Position numbers and translations under genes: made by a program. From the NCBI GenBank assembly GCA_001772615.1, contig MEUZ01000003.1, positions 248,422 through 284,432 of the forward strand: a stretch of DNA of 36,011 nt, read 5' to 3'. This DNA comes from a candidate division WWE3 bacterium RIFCSPHIGHO2_01_FULL_40_23. GTDB taxonomy: Bacteria; Patescibacteriota; WWE3; UBA101185; 2-01-FULL-41-18. Shown here piece after piece: positions 1 to 9,944 of the stretch (the stretch's first letter is position 1; each line of letters opens with the position of its first letter). Under the pieces are notes generated by a model. It was not told where the DNA came from and searched no databases. It worked only from the letters and a program-made list of their open reading frames with translations.

Positions 1-277
1 CCAGACTTATAACGTTACCAGAAACAAAAAAACAATTAACCTATCCAAAAAGGAATATGCCCTCCTTGAATACCTGATGAGAAATAAAGGCAGGGTGTTA
101 ACTAAAGATCAAATCATTTCCCATGTATGGGATTACAACTCAAACGTTCTTCTTAACACGGTGGAGCAATACATCGGCTACTTAAGAAAGAAAATAGACA
201 GAAACTTCCCAAGTAAAAAGAGCCTGATACATACTGTGAGAGGGTTTGGTTATAAGATTTCGGAAGAAAATGTTTAA
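1..277 (+). CDS. OmpR/PhoB-family response regulator, C-terminal winged-helix domain (5'-truncated by window edge)
   Basis: Frame is open from position 2 (QTYNVTRNKKTINLSKKEYALLEYLMRNKG...). Contains trans_reg_C signatures LSKKEYALLEYL, NTVEQYIGYLRKK and IHTVRGFGY. Overlaps the kinase start. Confidence 0.93.
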   Translation, partial: QTYNVTRNKKTINLSKKEYALLEYLMRNKGRVLTKDQIISHVWDYNSNVLLNTVEQYIGYLRKKIDRNFPSKKSLIHTVRGFGYKISEENV

Positions 278-1295
278 ATCAGCGCGAATAAAATTAACTC
301 TTTGGTACCTGGCAATAATAATGCTCATTACTCTAGCGTTCAGTTCATTTGTGTATATTGGTGTTGACAGAGCAACGCGCCACGCACTTGAAGGGCAAAG
401 AAGAAGGTTTGAGAGGCGCTTCACCCAGCTGAACACACCCTTCGGATTTCCTCGCGGAACCCCAATGCTAGATGCGGAAACACTTGCAGAAATACGAAGC
501 AGAACTTTAGCAACGCTTTTAGTAATTAATGGCGCAGTACTTATTATTTCGGCAACTTCAGGTTACTTCCTAGCCGGCAGAACCTTAAAACCCATTGAGG
601 AGATGGTGGAGAGACAAAAAAGGTTTATATCGGATGCTGCCCATGAAATTAAAACTCCCCTAACCTCTATGAAAACGGGGCTTGAAGTAACATTAAGAAG
701 CGAAAGCCTTACAGTAAAAGAAGCAAAAAAAGCGTTGGGAAGTGCAATTGAAGAAGTAGACAAATTGCACAAATTTACCGGCAAACTCTTAAAGCAAAGC
801 AGATACCAAAATGGAAACAACGCTAAAAAAGAAACCGTTAATTTACAAGAAGTTCTAGCACATGTAGTAAAGAAACTAAAACCGCAGGCAGATAAAAGGG
901 GTGAGGTTTTGGTTCTCACTGGAACGGATTTGAAAATAACGGGCGATAAAGATGAGTTGGAAGAGCTTTTCATAAACCTGATTGAAAACTCCATAAAATA
1001 CAACAAGGCAAATAAACCGGTTACCATTTCTTTAAGTTCAGAAAAGAATTATGCGAAAGTCTCTATTGAAGATTTTGGAAAAGGGATACCCGAGGAAGAT
1101 TTACCACATATTTTTGAACCATTTTACCGAGCGGATAAATCAAGAAAAGATTCCCAGCATGAAGGCTATGGGCTCGGTTTGACAATAGCTAAAGAAATAG
1201 TAGAAAGACATCATGGTGAAATCTTAGTTGTAAGTAAGAAAAATAATGGCGCTAAATTCACCGTAAAACTGCCTCTCAGTAATTTCTCAGTATAA
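270..1295 (+). CDS. Two-component sensor histidine kinase (2 TM, HisKA, HATPase_c)
   Basis: H-box DAAHEIKTP, N-box NLIENSIKY, G1 DFGKGI, F-box IFEPFYR, G2 GYGLGL. ATG at 270 overlaps the regulator stop and is preferred over 246. Confidence 0.95.
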   Translation: MFKSARIKLTLWYLAIIMLITLAFSSFVYIGVDRATRHALEGQRRRFERRFTQLNTPFGFPRGTPMLDAETLAEIRSRTLATLLVINGAVLIISATSGYFLAGRTLKPIEEMVERQKRFISDAAHEIKTPLTSMKTGLEVTLRSESLTVKEAKKALGSAIEEVDKLHKFTGKLLKQSRYQNGNNAKKETVNLQEVLAHVVKKLKPQADKRGEVLVLTGTDLKITGDKDELEELFINLIENSIKYNKANKPVTISLSSEKNYAKVSIEDFGKGIPEEDLPHIFEPFYRADKSRKDSQHEGYGLGLTIAKEIVERHHGEILVVSKKNNGAKFTVKLPLSNFSV

Positions 1296-1313
1296 TTTTT
1301 TAGTTTTTAAGCC

Positions 1314-2537
1314 GTGGAAAAAATAGTAAACTTTCTAAAAAAGCATAAACTCCTTACTGCTACTCTCTTAATTGCGTTAGCTATTTTTGCAGGTAGAAAA
1401 CTTCTTAGCCGAGGGAGCGAAACTAAAAAAGAGGAGCAAACCATAACGGCGAAGGTAGGAAAGGGGAATGTTACCTCAAGCATAAGTGCCTCAGGCAAGG
1501 TAGCAACCGCCAACTACTTATCCGTCACAACAAGCGTAAATGGGATAGTTAGGGAGGTTTTTGTGAAAGAGGGAGATGATGTAGAAACCGGACAAAAAAT
1601 AATGGAGTTAACCTTAGACTCTGAAGGAGAGAGAAGCAGGATAAGCTCATATAACACTTATCTTCAAACCCTCCACTCTTTGCATACCGCGGAAAAATCT
1701 TTAGTTACTCTTGAAGCTAACGTCTTTAAAGAAGAGGAAGATTTTGAAGATGTTCAGGAAACCACGTCGTACCAAACAAGTGCTGAAAGAGTTGCTTTTA
1801 AAACTGCCGAAGCGGAACACCTGACGGCAAAAAACAACCTGGAACTTAAAAAAGAAGAAATTCAAAGATTAAAGGTTTCTTTAAGCGGGGCCTGGCTTGA
1901 TTACCAGCTCCAATCCCCCGTTATAACTGCTCCCACCAACGGTGTGATTGCAAGCGTTCTTGCGGTCGACGGAGCAAAGATAGAAAACTCGGTGTCGGAA
2001 AGATCAACTCAGACTGTAGCCGCTATTAAAAAACCCGGCGCTCCCATTGCCACCTTAAATGTGGGTGAAATTGACATCAACAATGTGAAGGTGGGTCAGA
2101 AGGTTAACTTAACTCTTAACAGCATTTCGGGAAAGGTCTTGGTTGGAGCTGTCGCGGGAATAGATAAGATAGGAACTTCGGAAAGCGGCGTTTCAAATTA
2201 CCCGGTAACCGTAAAATTTGACAAGGAATCTGATCTGGTCCTTCCAAACATGACAGTAACAGCCGAGATAGTGAAGGATGAAAAACAAGGTGTTTTGTAT
2301 GTTCCCACAGCATCAATTCAGGTGAGAAGAGGCAAAAGCACCGTAAACGTAATGCGAAACGGGCAAAGAGAGGAAGTTGAAGTTCAAACCGGAATATCCG
2401 ACGCAGATAACACGGAGATTATTTCGGGTCTTTCGGAGGGAGAAGAGGTTGTAGTTAATACTTTGCCCACCGAAGGCTTTACAAGCGGGCAGAATCAAGG
2501 CCAGTTTAGAGGCGGTGGAGGATTTAGAGGTTTTTAA
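1314..2537 (+). CDS. Efflux periplasmic adaptor / membrane fusion protein (MacA/YknX-like)
   Basis: N-terminal TM, lipoyl-like halves (GIVREVFVKEGDDVETGQ ... ITAPTNGVI) flanking a coiled coil, C-terminal VQTGISD...EIISGLSEGEEVV; directly upstream of ABC ATPase and permease. Confidence 0.9.
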   Translation: MEKIVNFLKKHKLLTATLLIALAIFAGRKLLSRGSETKKEEQTITAKVGKGNVTSSISASGKVATANYLSVTTSVNGIVREVFVKEGDDVETGQKIMELTLDSEGERSRISSYNTYLQTLHSLHTAEKSLVTLEANVFKEEEDFEDVQETTSYQTSAERVAFKTAEAEHLTAKNNLELKKEEIQRLKVSLSGAWLDYQLQSPVITAPTNGVIASVLAVDGAKIENSVSERSTQTVAAIKKPGAPIATLNVGEIDINNVKVGQKVNLTLNSISGKVLVGAVAGIDKIGTSESGVSNYPVTVKFDKESDLVLPNMTVTAEIVKDEKQGVLYVPTASIQVRRGKSTVNVMRNGQREEVEVQTGISDADNTEIISGLSEGEEVVVNTLPTEGFTSGQNQGQFRGGGGFRGF

Positions 2538-2543
2538 AAGCCT

Positions 2544-3221
2544 ATGCTTGAAGCCAGAAACATCTCAAAAATTTATGAAAACGGAGGGGTAAGAACAGAA
2601 GCACTTTCCGATATTTCCTTTAAAGTGGAGAAAGGTGAGTTTATTGCCATTATCGGCCCTTCGGGGTCGGGAAAATCAACATTAATGCATATTCTCGGAG
2701 CTTTAGATCTTCCTACATCCGGAAAATACATTTTAAACGGGAGAAATGTTGAAGCTACAAGTGATGACGTTCTCGCTGAAATCAGGAATAAGGAAATAGG
2801 ATTTATCTTTCAGTCTTTTAACCTTTTACCAAGAATGTCGGCGCTGAAGAATGTTTTATTACCTATGGCATACGCTGGCGTTCCGAAAAATCAAAGACTA
2901 GCTAAAGCCAAGGAAGTATTAAAAGTAGTCGGGCTTGAGGATAAAATGGAGAATGCCCCAAACCAGCTTTCCGGAGGTCAAAAACAGCGGGTTGCCATCG
3001 CGCGCGCTCTTACCATGGAACCAAGCATTTTGCTCGCCGACGAACCAACCGGGAATTTACCTAGTCATCAAAGTGATGAGATAATAGATGTCTTTGAGGG
3101 GCTTAACAAAAAAGGCCATACAATTGTGATAATTACCCACAACGAATCCATAGCAAAAAAGACTAAAAGGATAATAACCCTTGTTGACGGAAAAATAGTT
3201 TCCGATGAGCCTAACATATGA
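2544..3221 (+). CDS. ABC transporter ATP-binding protein (MacB/LolD/YknY family)
   Basis: Walker A GPSGSGKST, signature LSGGQKQRVAIARAL, Walker B LLADEPTGNL, H-loop ITHN. Confidence 0.96.
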   Translation: MLEARNISKIYENGGVRTEALSDISFKVEKGEFIAIIGPSGSGKSTLMHILGALDLPTSGKYILNGRNVEATSDDVLAEIRNKEIGFIFQSFNLLPRMSALKNVLLPMAYAGVPKNQRLAKAKEVLKVVGLEDKMENAPNQLSGGQKQRVAIARALTMEPSILLADEPTGNLPSHQSDEIIDVFEGLNKKGHTIVIITHNESIAKKTKRIITLVDGKIVSDEPNI

Positions 3222-4429
3222 CTTTGATAGAAATTTTTGAAGAAAGCATAAGCGTATTAAGAACCAATAAAATGAGAACGGCTCTCTCTACGCTTGGAAT
3301 CATTATCGGGATCGGCTCTGTAATTACGCTTATGACTTTGGGGCAAGCCAGCCAGCAAAGTGTTAGATCCCGAATCCAATCTTTAGGGGCAAATCTTCTA
3401 ACGGTGCGTCCCGGTTCTTCCCAGCAAGGATTTTTATTCGGAGGCCAGGGAAGCAACACCACATTAAGATATGAGGATGCATTAGCAATTCAAAACTCAC
3501 AAAGAGTAAATACAATTGACAGCGTTGCCGCCGAATATTCCTCAAGGACACAGATTTCTAGTGATAAAGGTAACACAAACGCTTCAGTAGCGGGAATTGC
3601 GGGAAATTATTTTGAATTAAGAAATATTACTTTAAGTGTCGGTTCTGAAATCACGGAAGAACATAACCAGATCACGGCAAAAACCGCAGTCCTTGGGCCG
3701 GAAATTTCAACTGAGTTATTCGGAGAGGGAGTTAATCCAGTTGGGGAAACCATTAACATTAACGGACAAGCGTTTTCTGTAATAGGCGTCACAAAATCCA
3801 AAGGAGGAAACCTGGATGACATGATTTTTGTCCCTTTGCAAACTGCGCAGAAAATCCTTTTTGGGGTTTCACACGTGAGCACAGTATACGTAGGAGCAAA
3901 GAGTGAAGATGGGATGGAAGCCGCCCGAAACCAGTTGGGCTACCTGCTTTTGGAAAGGCACAGGAAGACTAGCCCCGAGGAAGCCGACTTTTCCATCTTC
4001 TCCCAGGAGGACCTTCTTGAAACCGCAAGTGAGGTAACGGCAACCTTTACAGCTCTTTTAACGGGAATTGCGGCCATCTCCTTGATTGTTGGGGGAATTG
4101 GAATTATGAATATAATGCTTGTTACCGTAACTGAAAGGACTACAGAGATAGGCCTACGAAAAGCTCTTGGGGCAAAGCGGAAAACCATTATCACGCAATT
4201 TTTAATGGAATCTGTGGTTTTAACAATAAGTGGGGGAATTATCGGAGTGTCATTGGGGCTTATCGCGTCACACTTTTTAACCAAACGCTTTTCACTTCCT
4301 TCCATAATCTCCTGGGAGTCCGTTGGTCTTGCCGTAATTGTGTCATCTGTTATTGGAATAGTTTTTGGGTTGTACCCGGCTTACAAAGCCTCCAAACTCC
4401 AGCCTATTGAGGCCTTAAGATACGAGTAA
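3218..4429 (+). CDS. ABC transporter permease (MacB/FtsX family, YknZ-like)
   Basis: RTALSTLGIIIGIGSVI, large extracellular domain, GGIGIMNIMLVTVTERTTEIGLRKALGA, C-terminal PAYKASKLQPIEALRYE; ATGA overlap with the ATPase. Confidence 0.95.
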   Translation: MTLIEIFEESISVLRTNKMRTALSTLGIIIGIGSVITLMTLGQASQQSVRSRIQSLGANLLTVRPGSSQQGFLFGGQGSNTTLRYEDALAIQNSQRVNTIDSVAAEYSSRTQISSDKGNTNASVAGIAGNYFELRNITLSVGSEITEEHNQITAKTAVLGPEISTELFGEGVNPVGETININGQAFSVIGVTKSKGGNLDDMIFVPLQTAQKILFGVSHVSTVYVGAKSEDGMEAARNQLGYLLLERHRKTSPEEADFSIFSQEDLLETASEVTATFTALLTGIAAISLIVGGIGIMNIMLVTVTERTTEIGLRKALGAKRKTIITQFLMESVVLTISGGIIGVSLGLIASHFLTKRFSLPSIISWESVGLAVIVSSVIGIVFGLYPAYKASKLQPIEALRYE

Positions 4430-4467
4430 GGTCAATCGGCAATTTGGTATAATAAGTTAGTTAGTAT

Positions 4468-5310
4468 ATGAACCAGAAATACATAGTTGTAGTTGTAATC
4501 ACTTTAATTTTACTTGGAGGGGTTGGCGGGTGGTTTCTTCTTAATAGTGAAAAGCCTCTAAAAGAGAAACTCCAAATAACTTCAACTCAAACACCCACGC
4601 CTGAAGTTTCAGTAATGGAAAAGCCTGATGAAGAAAGTGCTAATAAAGCAAGTAAAATTGTTATTCCAAAGGCCGACAGTCTAAACTATGATCCTGTAAT
4701 TAATCCATCTGATTTTGTTTCAAAAGTAGACAATAAATATTTTTCCCTTGAGCCCGGAAAAACACTTGTTTACGAAGGTGTAGAGGATGGTGAGCCGGTT
4801 AGACAAGAGGTTACTGTAACAAATGAAGCAAAAGAAATTCTTGGCGTAAAGGTCGTTGTCGTTAGAGATAAAGTCTTTATAGATAGCGAGCTTGCTGAAG
4901 ACACAAAGGACTGGTACGCACAGGACAAGGATGGAAATGTATGGTATTTCGGGGAAGACACGGCGGAATATGATGAAGGTAAAGTTGTCAGTAGAGCAGG
5001 ATCCTGGGAGGCGGGTGTTAAAGGAGCAAAACCCGGAGTGATAATGACGGTTGATCCGAAGGTCGGTGACTCGTGGAGACAGGAATATTTTAAAGGCGAA
5101 GCTGAAGATGCTGCTGAAGTACTTTCCGTTAATGAGACTGTTAAAGTTAAAGCGGGGACTTTTAAAAACTGTGTAAAAACCAAAGACTGGAATGCCCTTG
5201 AACCTAACATTTCTGAAAATAAATATTACTGCGCGGGAAACGTTGTGTTATCAGTAGGAGTTCAGGGAAGCTCTGATAAAGTTGAACTCGTCACCTCCTC
5301 AATAAAATAA
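4468..5310 (+). CDS. Membrane-anchored extracellular hypothetical protein
   Basis: 280-aa ORF with N-terminal TM, T/P-rich linker and beta-rich domain (DWYAQDKDGNVWYFGE); TATAAT at 4448-4453 upstream. Function not recognised. Confidence 0.8.
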   Translation: MNQKYIVVVVITLILLGGVGGWFLLNSEKPLKEKLQITSTQTPTPEVSVMEKPDEESANKASKIVIPKADSLNYDPVINPSDFVSKVDNKYFSLEPGKTLVYEGVEDGEPVRQEVTVTNEAKEILGVKVVVVRDKVFIDSELAEDTKDWYAQDKDGNVWYFGEDTAEYDEGKVVSRAGSWEAGVKGAKPGVIMTVDPKVGDSWRQEYFKGEAEDAAEVLSVNETVKVKAGTFKNCVKTKDWNALEPNISENKYYCAGNVVLSVGVQGSSDKVELVTSSIK

Positions 5311-5315
5311 TCTTC

Positions 5316-5330
5316 TAGATTCCCGCTTTC
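5316..5330 (-). repeat. Truncated REP-like palindrome (right arm only)
   Basis: Minus strand reads GAAAGCGGGAATCTA, matching the loop and right arm of the copies at 21911 and 28079. Confidence 0.55.
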
Positions 5331-5403
5331 CGCCGCCTAAAATCGGATATAATATCAGTATTGCAACTAACTGGTTTAATATTAACCTGCAGAGAAGGGT
5401 AGT

Positions 5404-7242
5404 ATGGTTCAAATATTAACTCCGGAAGACATCAGATTCGAAGGTATGGAACCTAATCCAAAAGTTTTAACTCCCGAAGACGAAAAAGAGGCAAAACCAG
5501 ATAAGGTTTATTCAGTTACAAAAAGATATGGGGAGGTTGTTTCCACCTTAACACCCGGTTTTGAAAAAAACGTTAAAAAATATGAAGGCGTGTACGAAGT
5601 GCAGGTTCCCAATGAAATAACTGATGTTTGCAGAGAAATACACTCGTTAGGCGGTAGAGCCCTTTTAGTTGGAGGGAGCATAAGAGATGCTGTTATATCA
5701 AAGGAGATAGAGGAAATGGATTTAGAGCCAAAGGATTTTGACATAGAAGTTTATGGGCTGTCTCCTGAACAACTGCAGTTAATACTTATTACAAAATTCG
5801 GGAAAGAAAATTTAAATTTGGTTGGGGAATCTTTTAAAGTCTTGAAAGTAAAAATAGCGGGATGGGAGAAGCCTTTAGACTTTAGCATTCCGCGTCGAGA
5901 TTCCAAAGTCGCAGCAGGGCATACGGGGTTCTTAATTGAAGGGGATCCGACCATGACCATAGACGAGGCTTCATTGAGGCGGGATCTGACAATCAATTCG
6001 GTAGCTTACGATCCGTTAACCCAAACATTATATGATGCTTACGGAGGTGTTGAGGACATAAGAAATAGGACCATAGAAGTTACCGACATTAACGCATTTC
6101 AGGAAGATCCCCTAAGAGTTATGCGCGTAATGCAGTTTGCCGCAAGGTTTGAGTTTAAGGTTTCGGATAGAACTAACGAAATCTGTAAAACGATGGTAGA
6201 AAGGGGAGATTTAAACCAACTTACCAGAGAAAGAATTTCGGAGGAAGTCACTAAGCTGCTAACTAAAGGTATTAGACCTTCAATTGGTTTAGAGGCTGCA
6301 AGAGAAATCGGGTTAGTTGAAAAGTACTGGCCGGAATTGCACGCTTTAACCGGGGTACTCCAAGAGGAAAAATGGCATCCCGAAGGAGATGTGTGGACAC
6401 ACACATTACAGGTAGTTGATGCGGCGGCTGAAATTGCTGACAGAGAAATAAAAGCAGGCAGGCTTAAAGAGGAGGAAAAACTAACTTTAGAATTAGCAGC
6501 TTTATGCCATGATTTTGGAAAACCTTCCACCACTAAGTTTATTGACGGAGCCTACAGAGCTCATGGTCACGAACCAGCAGGAGTAGAACCGGCAAGAAAG
6601 TTTATTGAGAGAATATTTGGTGACCCTAAAGCAAAAGGTATAACAGAGCTCACCAGAAAGGTTCTCCCTTTAGTTGCGGAACATCTTAAACCGATCGATC
6701 TTTGTGAAAATGAGGTTAAAAAAGGTATTAATCAGACCGCAGCTATAAAAGGGCTTGCCAGAAGGCTTGGTGAAGGCAGCAAAAAGGCCTATCCGGATGG
6801 AGGTAATACAAACATTTATATGCTCGCATTAGTTGCCGAAGCTGATCAGAGAGGAAGAAACAGAGAAGGAGGCGCACCCTTAGAAAGAGGCCAGGTCCCA
6901 AACCTAGAGGAATGGCAAAGCTGGATTCTAAATAGAGCAGAAGAGCTGCAAGTTGAAGAAAAAGGACAAGACAGACTTATTACCGGTGACATGCTGTTAA
7001 AGGAATTAAATTTACCAACCGGAGATATATCCATTGGACTCACTCTGGAAGCAGTGTATGCCGATCAAATTGATGGGGTTGTGAATACTGTTGAAGAAGC
7101 GCTTAAAGCGGGAAGAGCTTACTATGAAAAGTTTAAGGCTAAAGTTGCCAAAGAATCCGAAAACCAAAATAAGGACCCAAGACTAATTTGGTCGGAGGTT
7201 AGAAGGCTTGAAGACCCCCGCACCTACCTAGAAAGTAATTAA
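5404..7242 (+). CDS. cca: Class II tRNA nucleotidyltransferase (CCA-adding enzyme) with HD domain
   Basis: Motif A LVGGSIRD...KDFDIE, motif B RRDLTINS, templating motif EDPLRVMR, ERISEE, HD domain (WHPEGDVWTHT...ALCHDFGK). Confidence 0.92.
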   Translation: MVQILTPEDIRFEGMEPNPKVLTPEDEKEAKPDKVYSVTKRYGEVVSTLTPGFEKNVKKYEGVYEVQVPNEITDVCREIHSLGGRALLVGGSIRDAVISKEIEEMDLEPKDFDIEVYGLSPEQLQLILITKFGKENLNLVGESFKVLKVKIAGWEKPLDFSIPRRDSKVAAGHTGFLIEGDPTMTIDEASLRRDLTINSVAYDPLTQTLYDAYGGVEDIRNRTIEVTDINAFQEDPLRVMRVMQFAARFEFKVSDRTNEICKTMVERGDLNQLTRERISEEVTKLLTKGIRPSIGLEAAREIGLVEKYWPELHALTGVLQEEKWHPEGDVWTHTLQVVDAAAEIADREIKAGRLKEEEKLTLELAALCHDFGKPSTTKFIDGAYRAHGHEPAGVEPARKFIERIFGDPKAKGITELTRKVLPLVAEHLKPIDLCENEVKKGINQTAAIKGLARRLGEGSKKAYPDGGNTNIYMLALVAEADQRGRNREGGAPLERGQVPNLEEWQSWILNRAEELQVEEKGQDRLITGDMLLKELNLPTGDISIGLTLEAVYADQIDGVVNTVEEALKAGRAYYEKFKAKVAKESENQNKDPRLIWSEVRRLEDPRTYLESN

Positions 7243-7323
7243 ATGAAGGTCAGAATTTCATCATTTTCTTTTTGATTCTGCGTGTGGTACACATATAGCT
7301 ATTCCAAGAAAAAGGAGCGGGAC

Positions 7324-7587
7324 ATGGTCCAATACAACCTGCATATACACTTAAGACATGTAAACCAGGAAGTCCACCTTCTAAAGATCAGACAGTACCT
7401 GATGGATAAGAGTACCCCCATTGAAGATCTTTATGGATCCTGGTTCAAGGTTAGGTTTTCCAGCGAGGGCGAAGTTACAGATTTCATAGCTTTCCTAAAA
7501 ACCCTAGAGGGAGGCAATAGAACACACATTTCAGTACGCGCATACCACGGGACCAGAAAAGTTGATGAAATGTCACACTCGCTCTAA
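7324..7587 (+). CDS. Small hypothetical protein (87 aa)
   Basis: AAGGAG Shine-Dalgarno just upstream of ATG 7324; followed by a perfect hairpin terminator. Confidence 0.65.
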   Translation: MVQYNLHIHLRHVNQEVHLLKIRQYLMDKSTPIEDLYGSWFKVRFSSEGEVTDFIAFLKTLEGGNRTHISVRAYHGTRKVDEMSHSL

Positions 7588-7604
7588 GACCGAACAGAAC
7601 AACA

Positions 7605-7638
7605 GGCCTCTTAAGAGACTTAAGAGGCCGTTCGTTTT
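7605..7638 (+). terminator. Intrinsic terminator hairpin
   Basis: GGCCTCTTAAG-AGA-CTTAAGAGGCC perfect 11-bp stem (7605-7629) followed by GTTCGTTTT. Confidence 0.75.
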
Positions 7639-7672
7639 GCTATCCTTAATCGTAGGTGTAATCTATCCTTGA

Positions 7673-9916
7673 ATGGCCAGCAAAATCAATAACAACAGGA
7701 AAATTTTACTCGGTTTAATTATTACATCCCTCGTTTCCTTCGTAATCCTTTGGACCGGAACGACAGAAAAAAGACAAGGAACACTTAAAATCTACGATAA
7801 AAATGGAGTTCTTCTTTTTGAAGAAGTCGGGGATTTTGGGAGTAACCTTCACATAAAATCAACCGATATTCCGCAAAATCTCAAAGACGCGGTTATTGCA
7901 ACTGAAGACGCTACATTTTTTAAAAACCCCGGATTTGATCTTATCGCCATTATAAGATCGTTTTATCTTAATCTTCTCAATAAAAAAATAGTATCGGGGG
8001 CAAGCACAATCACACAACAATATGTGAGAATGGCGGTATTTAACACCGAGGATGCACAAAAAAGAAGTTACATTGGAAAGGTAAGAGAAATCTTAACAGC
8101 GGCGAAGCTTTCACTCTTTTTAAGTAAAGAAGAAATCCTTTTAAGATACCTTAACTCCGTTTACCTTGGAAATGGAAGTTATGGAGTGGAATCTGCTTCA
8201 AGAAAATACTTTAAAAAAAGTGTCAGTTCACTCTCACTCGCCGAGGCGGCGTTTCTTTCGGGCATGATTGCCTCTCCCTCAAAATATAATCCGTACACAA
8301 ACTTTAAAGAGGCAAAACAAAGGCAGGAATACGTTTTAGATTTAATGCTTAAGGAAAACTTTATAAATGAAGAACAGTTAAAAAAAGCGAAGGAAGAAGT
8401 TTTATATATATTTCCTGATGAAAGTTTTATAAGAGCCCCGCACTTCGTCTCTTACATCAAGGATGAATTGGCAAAATTTAATATAAATTCAAGCGGAGGT
8501 ATTAAGGTATTTACAACCCTTGATTATTTTAAGTATGAAAGGGCAAGAGAAATTTCAAACCTCTGGGTAAATAAACTTGGAAGTGAACATAACTTAACAA
8601 ACGCTTCTATTGTAATGCTTGATAATAACACCGGAGCGATAGAAGTAATGCTCGGGGGAGTAAATTATTTTGACGGTAAATCAGGCGGGGAGTCAAACAT
8701 GGCTGTTGCCAAAAGACAGCCGGGATCTGCAATAAAGCCCATAACTTATTTTGCCGCTTTTATGCAAGGTTTTACTCCGGCAACTCCCATTGAAGACATC
8801 CAAAAAGTTTACCCCACAAAAACAGGTGAAGGATTTACTCCAAGAAATTATGACAACAAATTTCACGGAACCGTTCTTGTAAGGGAAGCTTTAGCCTCTT
8901 CCTTAAATGTTCCCGCTGTTGAAGTGCTTCACAGAATTGGAATAAGTAAATTCCTTGAAACCGCAAAAGCACTTGGAATAACAACCTTTAAAAGAACTGA
9001 TAAGTATGATCTCGCCATAACTTTAGGCGGCGGGGAGATAACTCTTCTTGAGTTGTCAAACGCTTATGCCTCATTTGCCAGAGGGGGGAAGTTTTTGCCG
9101 ACTTATTCAATTGAAAAAGTTGAAACAGACGATGGGAAAATAATCCATCAGCAAAAACCGCCGGAAGGGGACAAAGTTTATGGAGAACACGGTGAAAAAG
9201 CATCTTATTTAATAAATGACATACTGTCTGATCCGAAAGCAAGAATGCTTGGATTTAGCGAAAAAAACCCGCTTGTACTTTCTCACAAAGCGGCAGTTAA
9301 GACAGGAACCACAACGGACTGGCATGATATCTGGGCTATTGGATATACGCCTGATTACACAGTTGGGGTGTGGGTGGGAAACAATGACAACACTCCGATG
9401 ACAAAAGTAAGCGGGGTTACCGGAGCAGCCCCAATCTGGAACCAGTTTTTTGAGGAAGTGATAAAGGGAATGCCTGATAAAGAGTTTACAAAACCGGAAG
9501 GCATTATTACTAAATGGATTTGTAAAGATACCGGCTTACCCTTAAGCGGAGACTGCGATAAAAAAATAGAGGAGATCTTTGCCGCAGGGACAGAGCCTTC
9601 TACCTCCGGTGCTTCCAATACAAAACAAACAGAAAGTTTCATATCAATTTTAAATCCGAAAAATAAAGCGGTATTTTTACACGATAAAGATTTCAAAAGA
9701 AATACCCTTCAGCTTGAAGCAAGAGCCTCCGAAGACATAGTAGAAATTAAATGGTACATAAATGAAGGTCACACAGGCACTTCATCCACATACCCTTTTA
9801 TCCTCACGATACAGCCCAATACAGGAAACTACTTACTTAAGGCGAAAGGGATAACAAAAGACAACAGGTTGGTTGAATCGGAAATTATTAGTTTTGAGGT
9901 TGTTGATGACAGATAA
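7673..9916 (+). CDS. pbpC: Class A penicillin-binding protein, PBP1C-like
   Basis: Transglycosylase EDATF and GASTITQQ; transpeptidase SxxK (PGSAIKP), SxN (SLN), KTGT; C-terminal Ig-like domain; adjacent to alpha-2-macroglobulin as in pbpC-yfhM operons. Confidence 0.88.
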   Translation: MASKINNNRKILLGLIITSLVSFVILWTGTTEKRQGTLKIYDKNGVLLFEEVGDFGSNLHIKSTDIPQNLKDAVIATEDATFFKNPGFDLIAIIRSFYLNLLNKKIVSGASTITQQYVRMAVFNTEDAQKRSYIGKVREILTAAKLSLFLSKEEILLRYLNSVYLGNGSYGVESASRKYFKKSVSSLSLAEAAFLSGMIASPSKYNPYTNFKEAKQRQEYVLDLMLKENFINEEQLKKAKEEVLYIFPDESFIRAPHFVSYIKDELAKFNINSSGGIKVFTTLDYFKYERAREISNLWVNKLGSEHNLTNASIVMLDNNTGAIEVMLGGVNYFDGKSGGESNMAVAKRQPGSAIKPITYFAAFMQGFTPATPIEDIQKVYPTKTGEGFTPRNYDNKFHGTVLVREALASSLNVPAVEVLHRIGISKFLETAKALGITTFKRTDKYDLAITLGGGEITLLELSNAYASFARGGKFLPTYSIEKVETDDGKIIHQQKPPEGDKVYGEHGEKASYLINDILSDPKARMLGFSEKNPLVLSHKAAVKTGTTTDWHDIWAIGYTPDYTVGVWVGNNDNTPMTKVSGVTGAAPIWNQFFEEVIKGMPDKEFTKPEGIITKWICKDTGLPLSGDCDKKIEEIFAAGTEPSTSGASNTKQTESFISILNPKNKAVFLHDKDFKRNTLQLEARASEDIVEIKWYINEGHTGTSSTYPFILTIQPNTGNYLLKAKGITKDNRLVESEIISFEVVDDR

Positions 9917-9944
9917 AATCAGGCGTACTATCAAATAAGGAGCA

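Noticed and set aside
1-4429. Two-component system plus MacAB-like exporter as a novel system
   Set aside because: Common, well-described envelope-stress/peptide-resistance arrangement with canonical motifs.
5404-7242. Functional link between the CCA-adding enzyme and the tRNA-like RNA
   Set aside because: They are about 19 kb apart, cca is housekeeping, and the RNA already encodes CCA.
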